Below are positions 26,248-35,655 of a stretch of DNA of 36,261 nt, in pieces. Positions within the stretch are counted from its first letter, which is position 1. Every line of letters starts with the position of its first letter. Origin of the DNA: a virus (lineage: Duplodnaviria > Caudoviricetes); the IMG/VR virus record IMGVR_UViG_3300030037_000041, one strand, 5' to 3'. The position numbers and the translations under genes were made by a program. The notes under the pieces were generated by a model. That model saw only the letters and a list, made by a program, of their open reading frames with translations. It did not search any database and had not been told where the DNA came from.

Positions 26248-27992
26248 ATGATATCAAGACCAGTGTCGTTGTTGATCTATCGGGCAACCTAGCTCGCAAC
26301 GCTAAAAAGTATGAAAATTCTTTGGGAAACTTCTCAAAGAATGGACAGCGGCACTTGTCACGCTTAAGCCGTGTGGCCGGTTCTACTGGCCGCATGCTTA
26401 GTAGAGCCGGTAATCGTTATACCGCCTTAATTGGCGGGGTTGCGGGTGTTGCGGTGGGCAAACAACTCATTAGCCTGGAACGACGCTTTACACGTTTAGG
26501 CATTCAGTCTAATAAATCAGCTGATGATATGAACAGGCTGAAGAATGAAATTTATGACGTAGCCAATGCACCGAATATACGCGTTGATCCATCTGAAATA
26601 ACATCGGCTATTGAAGCGATAGTTGAAAAAACAGGTGATCTGGATTTTGCTCGTCGTAATATCGATAATATCGGCCTTGCGATACAGGCCACCGGTGCAA
26701 GTGGCTCAGCCATTGGCGAAATTATGGCCGAGTTCCAAAAAATGGGCATAGTGATTGATAAGGACGTTATCACTGCACTGGATACGTTAAATGTACAAGG
26801 CAAAGAAGGTGCGTTCACCTTAGAAAACCTAGCGGCGCTTGGGCCACGTGTAGTAACTGCTTACACCTCTATGGGGCGTGGTGGTGTTCAAGCAATTCGC
26901 GAAATGGGTGCAGCTTTGCAAGTTATTCGTCAAGGCACAGGCACGTCAGAAATGGCCGCCACTGCCTTTGAGGCAATGCTACGGACGCTGGGTGATGATA
27001 AAAAAGTAAAGATGCTGCAAAAAGGTGGCATCAAAGTATTTGATGTTGAAGCGTTAAAGCGAGGCGAAGAAATACTACGACCAATTAACGAATTGATGGT
27101 CGAGATTGTTGAAAAAACAGGTGGTAAGAAAACGTTACTGAGTAAGGTTTTTGAAGCGGAAGCAGTTCGTGCTTTTAATGCCGCGAGTTCTGAGTTTCAA
27201 AGAACGGGTGCAGTGGCCAGCATGGATAAATTCATGCAAGTGCATGCCGATGGAACCACGACCTTAGATGATTCGTCACGTGCCGCTAAAGATGCTGCAG
27301 GCAGTGTGGAAATGCTATCAACGGCATGGAAATCATTTGCCGACAAAACATTCTCTGGCCCCCTTAAAGATGCATCCGAATTACTCGACAAATTAGGCAG
27401 CGAGAGAACTGGGAAAATCATCAAGGGAGCCGCCATTGGTGTTGGTGGCTTGATTGCAGGTTCATTGGCTGTGAAAAGCGTGGGTGTTGTTAAAGATGTC
27501 GCTGGCTTATTTGGTAAAGGTAAAAAATCGGGCATTGCTGGTGCGTTAAGCAGTGCTGGCGCCACGCCTGTTTATGTGGTGAATATGCCAGGTGATGGTT
27601 TAAGAAAAGGCGCGAAAAAAGGCTTTAGAACAGGCTCATCATTGAAAGACAGAGTGGCTAAAAAAGCATCTTTATTCAATACCAAAAGCACATTGAAATT
27701 AGGTGCCGCTGGTTTAGGTACCGCTTCTTTAGCGGCGACTGCAGCGGGCGCTGTTGGCTATGGCGTAGGCACGGGCATTTATTCACTGATAGACGAAACA
27801 TCGTTTGCAGATACATTGGGTTCTGTTATTGCTAAAACGCTGGCCGCATTGGGTAACAACGAAGCACAAGCAGCGGTTGCTGCATCAAAATTGCACATCG
27901 AGGTGAGTGACAAACGGGTGCAGGTTAAAAAAATACAAGGCGAAAACTTAGACATTCAAGTTGATGCCGGCATGGCAATGGCGGCTGGCTAA
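26244..27992 (+). CDS. Tape measure protein
   Basis: 582 aa, Ala/Gly-rich, TPVYVVNMP; synteny. Confidence 0.9.
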   Translation: MNDIKTSVVVDLSGNLARNAKKYENSLGNFSKNGQRHLSRLSRVAGSTGRMLSRAGNRYTALIGGVAGVAVGKQLISLERRFTRLGIQSNKSADDMNRLKNEIYDVANAPNIRVDPSEITSAIEAIVEKTGDLDFARRNIDNIGLAIQATGASGSAIGEIMAEFQKMGIVIDKDVITALDTLNVQGKEGAFTLENLAALGPRVVTAYTSMGRGGVQAIREMGAALQVIRQGTGTSEMAATAFEAMLRTLGDDKKVKMLQKGGIKVFDVEALKRGEEILRPINELMVEIVEKTGGKKTLLSKVFEAEAVRAFNAASSEFQRTGAVASMDKFMQVHADGTTTLDDSSRAAKDAAGSVEMLSTAWKSFADKTFSGPLKDASELLDKLGSERTGKIIKGAAIGVGGLIAGSLAVKSVGVVKDVAGLFGKGKKSGIAGALSSAGATPVYVVNMPGDGLRKGAKKGFRTGSSLKDRVAKKASLFNTKSTLKLGAAGLGTASLAATAAGAVGYGVGTGIYSLIDETSFADTLGSVIAKTLAALGNNEAQAAVAASKLHIEVSDKRVQVKKIQGENLDIQVDAGMAMAAG

Positions 27993-29140
27993 TGAGTTGG
28001 CGAGATAGCTATACCGGTGGCGGTAAATTCCGCAATGTTGAGTTCCTGGTCAAATCATCCAGTACTCAATTTGGCCGCCGCAAAGTGGTGCATGAATATC
28101 CAAAAAGAGATACTCCTTACGTAGAAGATATGGGTTTGAAAGCCCGTGAGTTCACGCTTGAGGCGTTTGTGATAGGTGAAAATTACCACACGCAGCGCGA
28201 TGCGTTAATGGACGCAATTGATAAGGCTGGCGCGGCTACTTTAGTACATCCTTACCTCGGTACCATGCGTGTTGATGTGCTAGATGCGCGTCAACGTGAA
28301 GACAGTCAACACGGTGGCCGTTGTCAATTCACCCTTACGTTGGTGATAGCAGGTAAAAACAAATACCCTGATCAACAGATTGATACTCAAGCGGTGGTTG
28401 ATGCACAAGCTAACTTGTCACTTATTGAAATAAAGAATGACTTCATTAACGCGTTTAACGCAGTCGGTTTAGTGGCGGCTCATGCACAAGAGCTTGAAGC
28501 CGAATTAGACCAGATTATTACACTCATCAGTGGTCAGATTGGATCTGTTTTAGAACCTATCACGTCATTGATTTATACCCCTGCAAGTCTTGCAACGGCA
28601 TTACTCGGTTCGGTGAGCAAAATAAGCGCCGCTGCGAGCAGTCCAACATCTGCATTTAAGTTGTACCGCCCCTTGCTAAATAGCGACACCAACAGCCCGT
28701 CTATTCCAGCGACAACGGCCAGTCGCATTCAACAAACAACCAGTGCAGCCGCGGTGCATGCTTTGGTTAAGCGCAGTGCCTTGGTTGAAGCTGCCAGAGT
28801 ATCTAGCCAAATAGATTATTTGACGTATGACGATGCGATTACCATGCGTAATGTGCTGCTTGATGAGCTCGATGTGCAAATGCGTACCGATGACGTGAGC
28901 GACGTTGTTTTTAATAGCCTATTAGATTTACGAGCTGCCGTTGTTAACGATATTCGTACACGCGGTGCTGATTTATCACGCTTGAGCACACATGTCGCAC
29001 AGGCCGTTCAACCTGCTTTGGTGATCGCTCATCAGCTATACGGTGATGCGAATCGTGAAGCTGAATTGATTAGCCGCAACAACATTCACCACGCTGGGTT
29101 TATGCCAGCCAGTGAGCCGTTGGAGGTGCTGAATGTCTAA
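27992..29140 (+). CDS. DNA circularization protein gpN (gp43)
   Basis: GRRKVVHEYP...VEDMG, LVHP.LG and PALVIAHQLYGD. Confidence 0.92.
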   Translation: MSWRDSYTGGGKFRNVEFLVKSSSTQFGRRKVVHEYPKRDTPYVEDMGLKAREFTLEAFVIGENYHTQRDALMDAIDKAGAATLVHPYLGTMRVDVLDARQREDSQHGGRCQFTLTLVIAGKNKYPDQQIDTQAVVDAQANLSLIEIKNDFINAFNAVGLVAAHAQELEAELDQIITLISGQIGSVLEPITSLIYTPASLATALLGSVSKISAAASSPTSAFKLYRPLLNSDTNSPSIPATTASRIQQTTSAAAVHALVKRSALVEAARVSSQIDYLTYDDAITMRNVLLDELDVQMRTDDVSDVVFNSLLDLRAAVVNDIRTRGADLSRLSTHVAQAVQPALVIAHQLYGDANREAELISRNNIHHAGFMPASEPLEVLNV

Positions 29141-30179
29141 TGTTCGGTTAAAAGTGGATGGTGTTATTCACACGGGCTGGCTGAAAGTTCGCTTGTCTTT
29201 TTCAATGGAAAGCATTGCCAATCGTTTTAGCTTAACCCTCACCGACAAATGGTCGTCAGGTTCTTCACCACGGGCTATTAACATGGGTGCGGCGTGTGAA
29301 GTGTGGATTGATAATACAAAGGTGATCACCGGTTACATTGATGACGTAACGCCCAATTACAATGCAAGCCAGCATACGATTGTGGTCACTGGGCGCTCTA
29401 AAGCGGGTGATTTGGTGGATTGTACGCACAAGGATGGACAGTCCTTTGATACTCAAACTTTAAAGCAAGTAGCTGACACGTTATGTAAGCCATTTGGTAT
29501 TAAGGTTTTAGTTTCTGAAGGTGTGGATATTGGCAAGCCGTTTGGTATAGCTGATGCGATTGAAACAGGTGAGAGCATTTTCGAGTTTCTTGAGCAAAAA
29601 GCACGTATCCGGGCATTGCGTATTGTGAGCAATATTGAAGGCGATATTGTGATTACCCGAGCCAGCAAAAACCGTATTAATACACCTTTGATATTGGGTG
29701 AAAACATTCTTAGTGCTTCCGGTGAATTTAGCCAACGTGACCGCTTTAGTGAGGTCTCTGTATTAGGTTCCCAAAGTGGTGATGATAATACTTGGGGGGC
29801 AAGTGCAGCTCATATTAAAGGTACGTATTCAGATAAGGCAATCGGCAGACACCGCCCATTAGCGATACTTGCTGATAGCAGCTTAACGCTTGACGATGCA
29901 AAAAAACGCGCTCAGTGGGAAGTTAATACACGTTATGGCCGTAGCAAAGGCATTGTTTATACCGTCAATGGTTGGCAGCACAAAACCGGCTTATGGCAAC
30001 CTAATTTTTTAGTGTCTGTGCAAGACAGCTATACCGATATTGATGGCGACTTATTAATCAGTGAGGTTGTTTTAGTCATCGATGACGGCGGCGAACTGGC
30101 AGAAATAAAAGTGATGCCTACAGAAGCGTTTGAGTTGATCGAATTACCTGAACCTGCGGAGGATGTCAGTGGATTCTAA
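29133..30179 (+). CDS. Baseplate hub gpP (gp44)
   Basis: ITGYID, GRSKAGDLVDC, GENIL and LWQPN. Confidence 0.92.
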   Translation: MSNVRLKVDGVIHTGWLKVRLSFSMESIANRFSLTLTDKWSSGSSPRAINMGAACEVWIDNTKVITGYIDDVTPNYNASQHTIVVTGRSKAGDLVDCTHKDGQSFDTQTLKQVADTLCKPFGIKVLVSEGVDIGKPFGIADAIETGESIFEFLEQKARIRALRIVSNIEGDIVITRASKNRINTPLILGENILSASGEFSQRDRFSEVSVLGSQSGDDNTWGASAAHIKGTYSDKAIGRHRPLAILADSSLTLDDAKKRAQWEVNTRYGRSKGIVYTVNGWQHKTGLWQPNFLVSVQDSYTDIDGDLLISEVVLVIDDGGELAEIKVMPTEAFELIELPEPAEDVSGF

Positions 30180-30621
30180 ATCAATGTCTCGCTTATTAAA
30201 TAACATGCTTAAGCCGCTGTATCGTCGTATTCGTTTATTGCAACGCCGTGGTGTTTTAACCAATAGCAATAGCGCGCCGAAAATGCAAACCGTACAGGTT
30301 CAACTGACGCCTGAACTGATTTTGGAAATGGAACATTTTGAACCGTATGGTTTTAGCTCTAACCCTCAAAATGGTGCGGAGCCTATTGTGTCCAACATCG
30401 AAGGTAAGAGCCACCCTATTTGCTTGATTGTTGCGGATCGCCGGTATCGGTTAAGCGGTATGAAAAAAGGTGAAGTGGCTTTATCAGATGATCTTGGTCA
30501 GAAAATACATTTAACACGTGATGGTATTGAAATGGTATCTGCTTCAGGTGCGTCATCCATAGTCATATCAGATGCCGGTATTGTTATTACGACACCCTCA
30601 TTTGATTTAAACGAGGGTTAA
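30163..30621 (+). CDS. Baseplate spike gpQ (gp45), short form
   Basis: EHFEPYGFSS, DRRYR and GEVAL.DDLGQ; no C-terminal HxH apex. Confidence 0.88.
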   Translation: MSVDSKSMSRLLNNMLKPLYRRIRLLQRRGVLTNSNSAPKMQTVQVQLTPELILEMEHFEPYGFSSNPQNGAEPIVSNIEGKSHPICLIVADRRYRLSGMKKGEVALSDDLGQKIHLTRDGIEMVSASGASSIVISDAGIVITTPSFDLNEG

Positions 30622-30890
30622 TGATGCCAGGAATAGCATGTAAATCAGTCGATAGCGCAGGTGGCGTACAGTTGAATGGGGGGCAAGGTTTTTGCCGAAT
30701 CAACGGGGACAACATTGTGCTGCTAGGTGACCCTGTTCAAGGGCATGGCAACGCGCCACATGCGTCGCCTGTGATGGTAGAGGCGTCTTCGTTTGTTCGT
30801 ATTAATGGTGTCGCTGTTTGTATTGAAGGTAACGCAGCATCGTGTGGGCATACAAGCACTGGGCGCGGTTTCGCAAGGATAAGTAATTGA
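30621..30890 (+). CDS. PAAR-like spike tip protein
   Basis: RING...GD...H...H...VRINGVAVCIEG..ASCGH. Confidence 0.78.
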   Translation: MMPGIACKSVDSAGGVQLNGGQGFCRINGDNIVLLGDPVQGHGNAPHASPVMVEASSFVRINGVAVCIEGNAASCGHTSTGRGFARISN

Positions 30891-30891
30891 T

Positions 30892-31326
30892 ATGGATGCT
30901 GCATTAATACAAACAGGTGGTCGCTTTGATATTGCTTTGGATGGCCCCGATTTAAAACACGACGATGGTTTACGGACGACTATTTTAATCAGTTTATTTA
31001 CCGATGCTCGCGCACATGAAGACGATGTGTTGCCGAGCGATGACGGGGATCGTCGAGGTCACTGGGCGGATAGTTTTAGTGAAACAAGTCTGGGTTCAAG
31101 GCTCTGGTTATTAGAGCGTGAGAAGACCTTAGACGATGTTTTACAACGCGCACAAGAATATGCCAGTGAAGCTTTGGAATGGCTAATTGATGATGATATT
31201 GCAGAGGCTATTAATGTAACTACTGATTGGTTTGAAACAGGCAAATTAGGCATCTACATCACGTTGACTAAAGGCGATGGAAGTACCTGGCAAGACACAT
31301 TTAACTATGAATTAAAGGCAGCTTAA
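30892..31326 (+). CDS. Baseplate protein gp46
   Basis: ISLFTDARA, RGHWAD and GSRLWLL.REK. Confidence 0.92.
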   Translation: MDAALIQTGGRFDIALDGPDLKHDDGLRTTILISLFTDARAHEDDVLPSDDGDRRGHWADSFSETSLGSRLWLLEREKTLDDVLQRAQEYASEALEWLIDDDIAEAINVTTDWFETGKLGIYITLTKGDGSTWQDTFNYELKAA

Positions 31327-32403
31327 ATGGCATTTAATAGACCAAAAATTACCGAAATAATGAGTCGTATTGAAGCGGATATTGATTCACGCTTAGATGG
31401 TTCTGATCCTAAATTACGAGCAGCCTTATTGAATGCGGTAATGAACGGTGTTGCAGCTGTATCGCATGGCTTACACGGCCATTTAGATTGGCTAAGCCTG
31501 CAGATTATTCCTGATACGGCAGACTCTGAAATATTAGAGCGACATGCCAGCTGGTGGGGCATTACGCGCAATAAAGCAACCAGCGCGATTGGCTTAATTG
31601 ATTTTGTAGGCACCGATGGTGCTGTTATCGGCACAGATATTCTCTGGGTGCGATCTGATGGCGTTGAGTTTGAAATTGACCAAGAAGTAACCATCGTTGC
31701 AGGGGTTGCCTCGGTATCTGTTACTGCGGTGATTGCCGGTAGCGATGGCAATACGGCGGCAGGATCTAAATTAACACCGATAACGCCATTGGCAGGTATC
31801 AATAGTGAAGCGATCGTTGATGCATCTGGCTTAACTGGCGGCACCGAGATTGAAAGTCTTGATTCATTGGGTGATCGTTTGCAAGAACGCGTACAGCAAA
31901 CCCCGCAAGGTGGTGCAAAGGTTGACTATATTAAATGGGCAAAAGAAGTACCTGGCGTAACCCGTGTTTGGCCGTTTGGCCTATGGATGGGCGATGGCAC
32001 AGTAGGCGTGTTCTTTACCCGCGACGATGATGTTACGTTGATACCCGATGCAGGCGAAGTAACAACAGTACAAGACTATATAGATAGCGTTCGTCCTGTA
32101 ACCGCTGATGTGATCGTCATGGCGCCAACAGAAGCGGCCCAGGCGATGACCATTCAGCTATCACCTAACACCACAGCTGTTCAAGCGGCCATTGAAGATT
32201 CCTTAAACGACCTGTTTAGGGTAGAGGCTCAAGTTGAAGACGGCACTGGGTCGGGTACAGTTTTAATTAGCCATGTCCGCGAAGCAATCTCCATTGCTAC
32301 CGGTGAAAACAACCATATTCTAGTGTCACCGAGTACGGATATAACCCTAAGCGCAGGTGAGCTATCAACGCTTGGCGCAATCACTTGGCAGGCGATTCCT
32401 TAA
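31327..32403 (+). CDS. Baseplate J-like protein gp47
   Basis: PDTAD, GG...ES and PQGGAKVDYIKWA. Confidence 0.93.
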   Translation: MAFNRPKITEIMSRIEADIDSRLDGSDPKLRAALLNAVMNGVAAVSHGLHGHLDWLSLQIIPDTADSEILERHASWWGITRNKATSAIGLIDFVGTDGAVIGTDILWVRSDGVEFEIDQEVTIVAGVASVSVTAVIAGSDGNTAAGSKLTPITPLAGINSEAIVDASGLTGGTEIESLDSLGDRLQERVQQTPQGGAKVDYIKWAKEVPGVTRVWPFGLWMGDGTVGVFFTRDDDVTLIPDAGEVTTVQDYIDSVRPVTADVIVMAPTEAAQAMTIQLSPNTTAVQAAIEDSLNDLFRVEAQVEDGTGSGTVLISHVREAISIATGENNHILVSPSTDITLSAGELSTLGAITWQAIP

Positions 32404-32990
32404 TGCATAACGCGCAAGAATACACCCATCAGCTAGGCCAGCTTATGCCGCGAGGCGTTCTATGGGATGACCTCACACAATCAGATTCTGAGTTCATGAA
32501 TTGGATGGGCACATTGGCGCAAGAGTTTGCGCGTATTGATGCCCGTGTATCTGATTTGATCGATGAAACAGACCCTCGCAGCATGTTTGAAATGTTGTAC
32601 GACTGGGAGCAATACTTAGGCTTGCCAGACAAATGTATTGGACAGGCTGAAACGCTCGAACAACGCCGTGAAGCCGTACTTGAATTACTCACATCCGTAG
32701 GTGGTCAGTCACGCCAATATTTTATTGATCTGGCCTTAAAAATCGGCTTTGTAATCACCATTATCGAATTTGACCCGTTTACGGTAGCAGGTTCAGTTAA
32801 TGAATTAATTTATGGCCAAAACTGGCAGTTCGCTTGGCAGGTTAATGCCCCGGCTGAAACGGTCACTGAACTAACAATATCCAGCGATGTTAATACCGCA
32901 CTCGCAAGCTGGGGGAATACCCGACTTGAGTGCGTTCTTACACGCTTAAAACCCGCTCACACAATAATTTTATTCAGCTATGGAGGCTAA
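32403..32990 (+). CDS. Baseplate protein gp48 (YmfQ/DUF2313)
   Basis: LMPRG..W, WE..LGLPD.C and KPAHT. Confidence 0.92.
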   Translation: MHNAQEYTHQLGQLMPRGVLWDDLTQSDSEFMNWMGTLAQEFARIDARVSDLIDETDPRSMFEMLYDWEQYLGLPDKCIGQAETLEQRREAVLELLTSVGGQSRQYFIDLALKIGFVITIIEFDPFTVAGSVNELIYGQNWQFAWQVNAPAETVTELTISSDVNTALASWGNTRLECVLTRLKPAHTIILFSYGG

Positions 32991-32992
32991 TA

Positions 32993-33979
32993 ATGGAACC
33001 ACGTAATTACGAAGATGGAGCAGCTGGAACACCGCCGCTTGTTCCGTCTACACCATCAACTGGATACCCAACAGAGGGCAACCCTCAGTCGGCCATTCCA
33101 GCTACTAAACCAGGAGCACATTGGTTTTACAAAATAGGTGAGTCACTGAGAAATGTCATCACAACGGCAGGGTTAACACCTGACGATGGCGACCTTAATT
33201 TGGTACAAAAAGCGATTGTTAAAATTGTTGGCCAAAGCAACCATGTGGTGCGTTTGGACGGTGCGACATTCGCCCCCGCAGTAGCCGACGGAAATGCTGT
33301 TTATTGGGATGAAGGTAACAGCCGATACGATAAAGCCATTGCAGATGCTACCGATAAACAAGACGTTGTCGGCTTTGCTGATGTGACCAATAGCCTTGTG
33401 GAAGCCTTTGGACGCTCTGATCTATTTAGTGGATTAACGGCAGGCTCTCGGTATTACTTATCGGATGCTACAGCAGGGGCTATTACGACGGTGGCGCCTG
33501 CTGAAAAAGTGATGCTAGGACTGGCTAAGTCAGCAACCACATTGTTTGTGGATATCGACCCTGATTCATCTGTTGTTGCTGCAAGCGAAACGGAGGCGGG
33601 TGTGGTCGAGAGGTCATCGCAAGCTGAAACAGATAATTTAACCGATGACATACGCTATGTGTCGCCACTTAAAATGGGGTTTGGTTTTTCAAGTTTGTTG
33701 GCTACCAATGGTTATATTGTTTTCCCTTCGTGGCTTGGCGGATTAATTATTCAATGGGGGAAAGAAATGGCATCTGCGAGTGTTACTAAAACAGTTACAT
33801 TTCCAATAGCTTTCCCTACTGAAATATTTATTGCGACAGCGACAGACGGGTCGGCTTCTGGGTCATTATATGTTGTAGGTATTGATATTTTAGATTCTGT
33901 TTCTAATAAATCAAGCATGCTCATTCGCGGGAGTTCTACAGGTTTAGGTACGTTTTATTGGACGGCGATAGGTAAATAA
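32993..33979 (+). CDS. Tail fibre protein with gp53-like C-terminal domain
   Basis: Mu gp49-like N-terminus (GNP..AIPAT) and C-terminal GLIIQWG...FPIAFP...WTAIG. Confidence 0.85.
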   Translation: MEPRNYEDGAAGTPPLVPSTPSTGYPTEGNPQSAIPATKPGAHWFYKIGESLRNVITTAGLTPDDGDLNLVQKAIVKIVGQSNHVVRLDGATFAPAVADGNAVYWDEGNSRYDKAIADATDKQDVVGFADVTNSLVEAFGRSDLFSGLTAGSRYYLSDATAGAITTVAPAEKVMLGLAKSATTLFVDIDPDSSVVAASETEAGVVERSSQAETDNLTDDIRYVSPLKMGFGFSSLLATNGYIVFPSWLGGLIIQWGKEMASASVTKTVTFPIAFPTEIFIATATDGSASGSLYVVGIDILDSVSNKSSMLIRGSSTGLGTFYWTAIGK

Positions 33980-33980
33980 T

Positions 33981-34523
33981 ATGAAAAAAATCACACTAAA
34001 ACAAAACGGTACATTTGACCACGTTTGGCTTAAATCAATTCACACTATCCCAGAGTCAGCCATTGAAGTAAGCAATGCTGATTTTATGTTGCTGTCTCAA
34101 AACACGAACAGCAAACGCTATGACATTGCCACTGCTACGGTGCTAGATTATGTGCCTGATTTCGTGATTGGGGATGCAAAAAACATTAAACACAGTGAAA
34201 TTAGAACCGCGTTTAATACCGGTTCTGTATTACCGGTAACCGATGCCAATAGTGATGTGTGGAGCGGTGGTTTTGATTCTGCTTTAAAAATTGATGCGGC
34301 GAAACGGATGGCGGAAATGGCGGGGTTAACGGCTGTTTCTATATTTGATGCGGCGAATGTGGAGCATGCGTTAAGCCTTGCTGAAGCGGATGTAGTTATT
34401 TTGACCTTGGGCGCGGATTACCAAACAAAATTCGCACAAAAACAGGCATTAATGACGGCGGTTGATGCGTTGGGCGAAACAGCCACACAGGCTGATTTGG
34501 ATGCGATTGTGGTGGCGTTTTAA
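33981..34523 (+). CDS. Tail fibre assembly-like protein (DUF4376-like)
   Basis: IPESAIEVS N-terminus, DAANVEHALS; directly follows the fibre gene. Confidence 0.65.
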   Translation: MKKITLKQNGTFDHVWLKSIHTIPESAIEVSNADFMLLSQNTNSKRYDIATATVLDYVPDFVIGDAKNIKHSEIRTAFNTGSVLPVTDANSDVWSGGFDSALKIDAAKRMAEMAGLTAVSIFDAANVEHALSLAEADVVILTLGADYQTKFAQKQALMTAVDALGETATQADLDAIVVAF

Positions 34524-34525
34524 TT

Positions 34526-34903
34526 ATGTGCCAATGTGAACCCGTTCGCTGGTCTGAACTATCAGCAGCAGAACAAGAAAAATACGGCAATGGTTGTGGC
34601 CCACGTCGGTTCCCAAGATGGTTGATCAATTGGCTGTTCGGCTGGTTATTTGAAGCCAGCTGCAGAAGGCACGATTTCGGTTATGCACGAGGTGGATCCA
34701 AAGCGGATAAAACAGCGAGCGATAAAGGCTTATACAACGCCATGATTCGCGATGCTGCGGTTCTGCTTAAAGACCGTAAATTACTGCAATACCTAGCCGC
34801 GCTATTAGTCGCAGTCGTGTTTTATTTAATAGTGGTGGCGCTCGGATGGGTCAGATTTGAATACGGCCCATACAAAACCAAAGAACAAATACTCAAGCAA
34901 TAA
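34526..34903 (+). CDS. Phospholipase A2-like protein with C-terminal TM segment
   Basis: NGCGP...ASCRRHDFGY...D..L motif. Confidence 0.6.
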   Translation: MCQCEPVRWSELSAAEQEKYGNGCGPRRFPRWLINWLFGWLFEASCRRHDFGYARGGSKADKTASDKGLYNAMIRDAAVLLKDRKLLQYLAALLVAVVFYLIVVALGWVRFEYGPYKTKEQILKQ

Positions 34904-34915
34904 AAGAAAAGAAGC

Positions 34916-35044
34916 GACCAGTCTGATGCATCAACATCGGACTGGTCACCAACCCACAGGAATACAGCCTGTGAGCCAGTCAAGGCTTCCCGCCGCGTCG
35001 ACGCAGCAAAGGAAGCCTAGCACAAATATAAATAAAGGCTCACA
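34916..35044 (+). ncRNA. Structured RNA leader of com
   Basis: Three hairpins (34916-34947, 34955-34973, 34983-35018) plus an 8-bp alternative pairing with the start region. Confidence 0.6.
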
Positions 35045-35184
35045 TGATCGAAGTACGATGCAATCGCTGCAGTAAATTATTAGCTAAAGCGTTATTCAAA
35101 CAGATAGAAATTAAATGCACCCGCTGCAAAACAATTAATTTTCTGAAGGCCAATGAGCCTACCGTCACGATATGGGTTAATTGA
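35044..35184 (+). CDS. com: Com family zinc-ribbon regulator (46 aa; missing from the ORF track)
   Basis: MIEVRCNRCSKLLAKALFKQIEIKCTRCKTIN. Confidence 0.92.
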   Translation: MIEVRCNRCSKLLAKALFKQIEIKCTRCKTINFLKANEPTVTIWVN

Positions 35185-35204
35185 GCCATATGAATAATTA
35201 TATA

Positions 35205-35233
35205 TTGACACATGAAAAGTTAAGGATTAGTAT
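35205..35233 (+). promoter_or_regulatory. Sigma70 promoter
   Basis: TTGACA, 17 nt, TAGTAT. Confidence 0.75.
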
Positions 35234-35271
35234 TCACTTACTATCGTCATATTGTTCATGTGTTATCCTCC

Positions 35272-35358
35272 TTATGGTGGGATGAGAAAGGGAAATATAA
35301 AACCTTCGGGAAATACCCTTCGCCGAGCACTTTTTGACGGTAGTTGAGTCCTGCCACT
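35272..35358 (+). ncRNA. C4/CI-like antisense RNA
   Basis: Closing stem TGGTGGGAT/GTCCTGCCA; arm with cUUCGg loop; ccg-loop-cgg arm; unpaired parts are complementary to upstream and downstream targets. Confidence 0.6.
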
Positions 35359-35407
35359 CCTTATTTATGATGGTGGCAAAACTACTAAAATCAAAAAGGA
35401 GGCCATC

Positions 35408-35653
35408 ATGGCTAGTAATTCAACAGATATTATCGAAGCGCTTGACCGCTTACACGAAACCCAGCACTCATATGCCGCCATAAGAGATTTGCTTAATCAG
35501 GCTGCAAATTCTTCCAACCATGAGAGCTGCCTCGATAGCGTGGGAACCAACAACTTACTCAATTTATTTTGCCTAGTTTACGACTCAATGGAAGAAGCAA
35601 TTACAAAATTAGATGATGCTCACAGGCTTGGAAACTTTCGAGTGGTGAGCTGA
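35408..35653 (+). CDS. Hypothetical 81-aa helical protein
   Basis: AAGGAGG RBS overlapping the antisense target. Confidence 0.7.
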   Translation: MASNSTDIIEALDRLHETQHSYAAIRDLLNQAANSSNHESCLDSVGTNNLLNLFCLVYDSMEEAITKLDDAHRLGNFRVVS

Positions 35654-35655
35654 TT

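Noticed and set aside
32993-34523. Invertible G segment or diversity-generating retroelement
   Set aside because: No invertase, flanking inverted repeats, template repeat or reverse transcriptase was seen
34857-35075. 72-aa ORF over the com leader
   Set aside because: It overlaps both neighbours and has low-information sequence; RNA structure explains the region better
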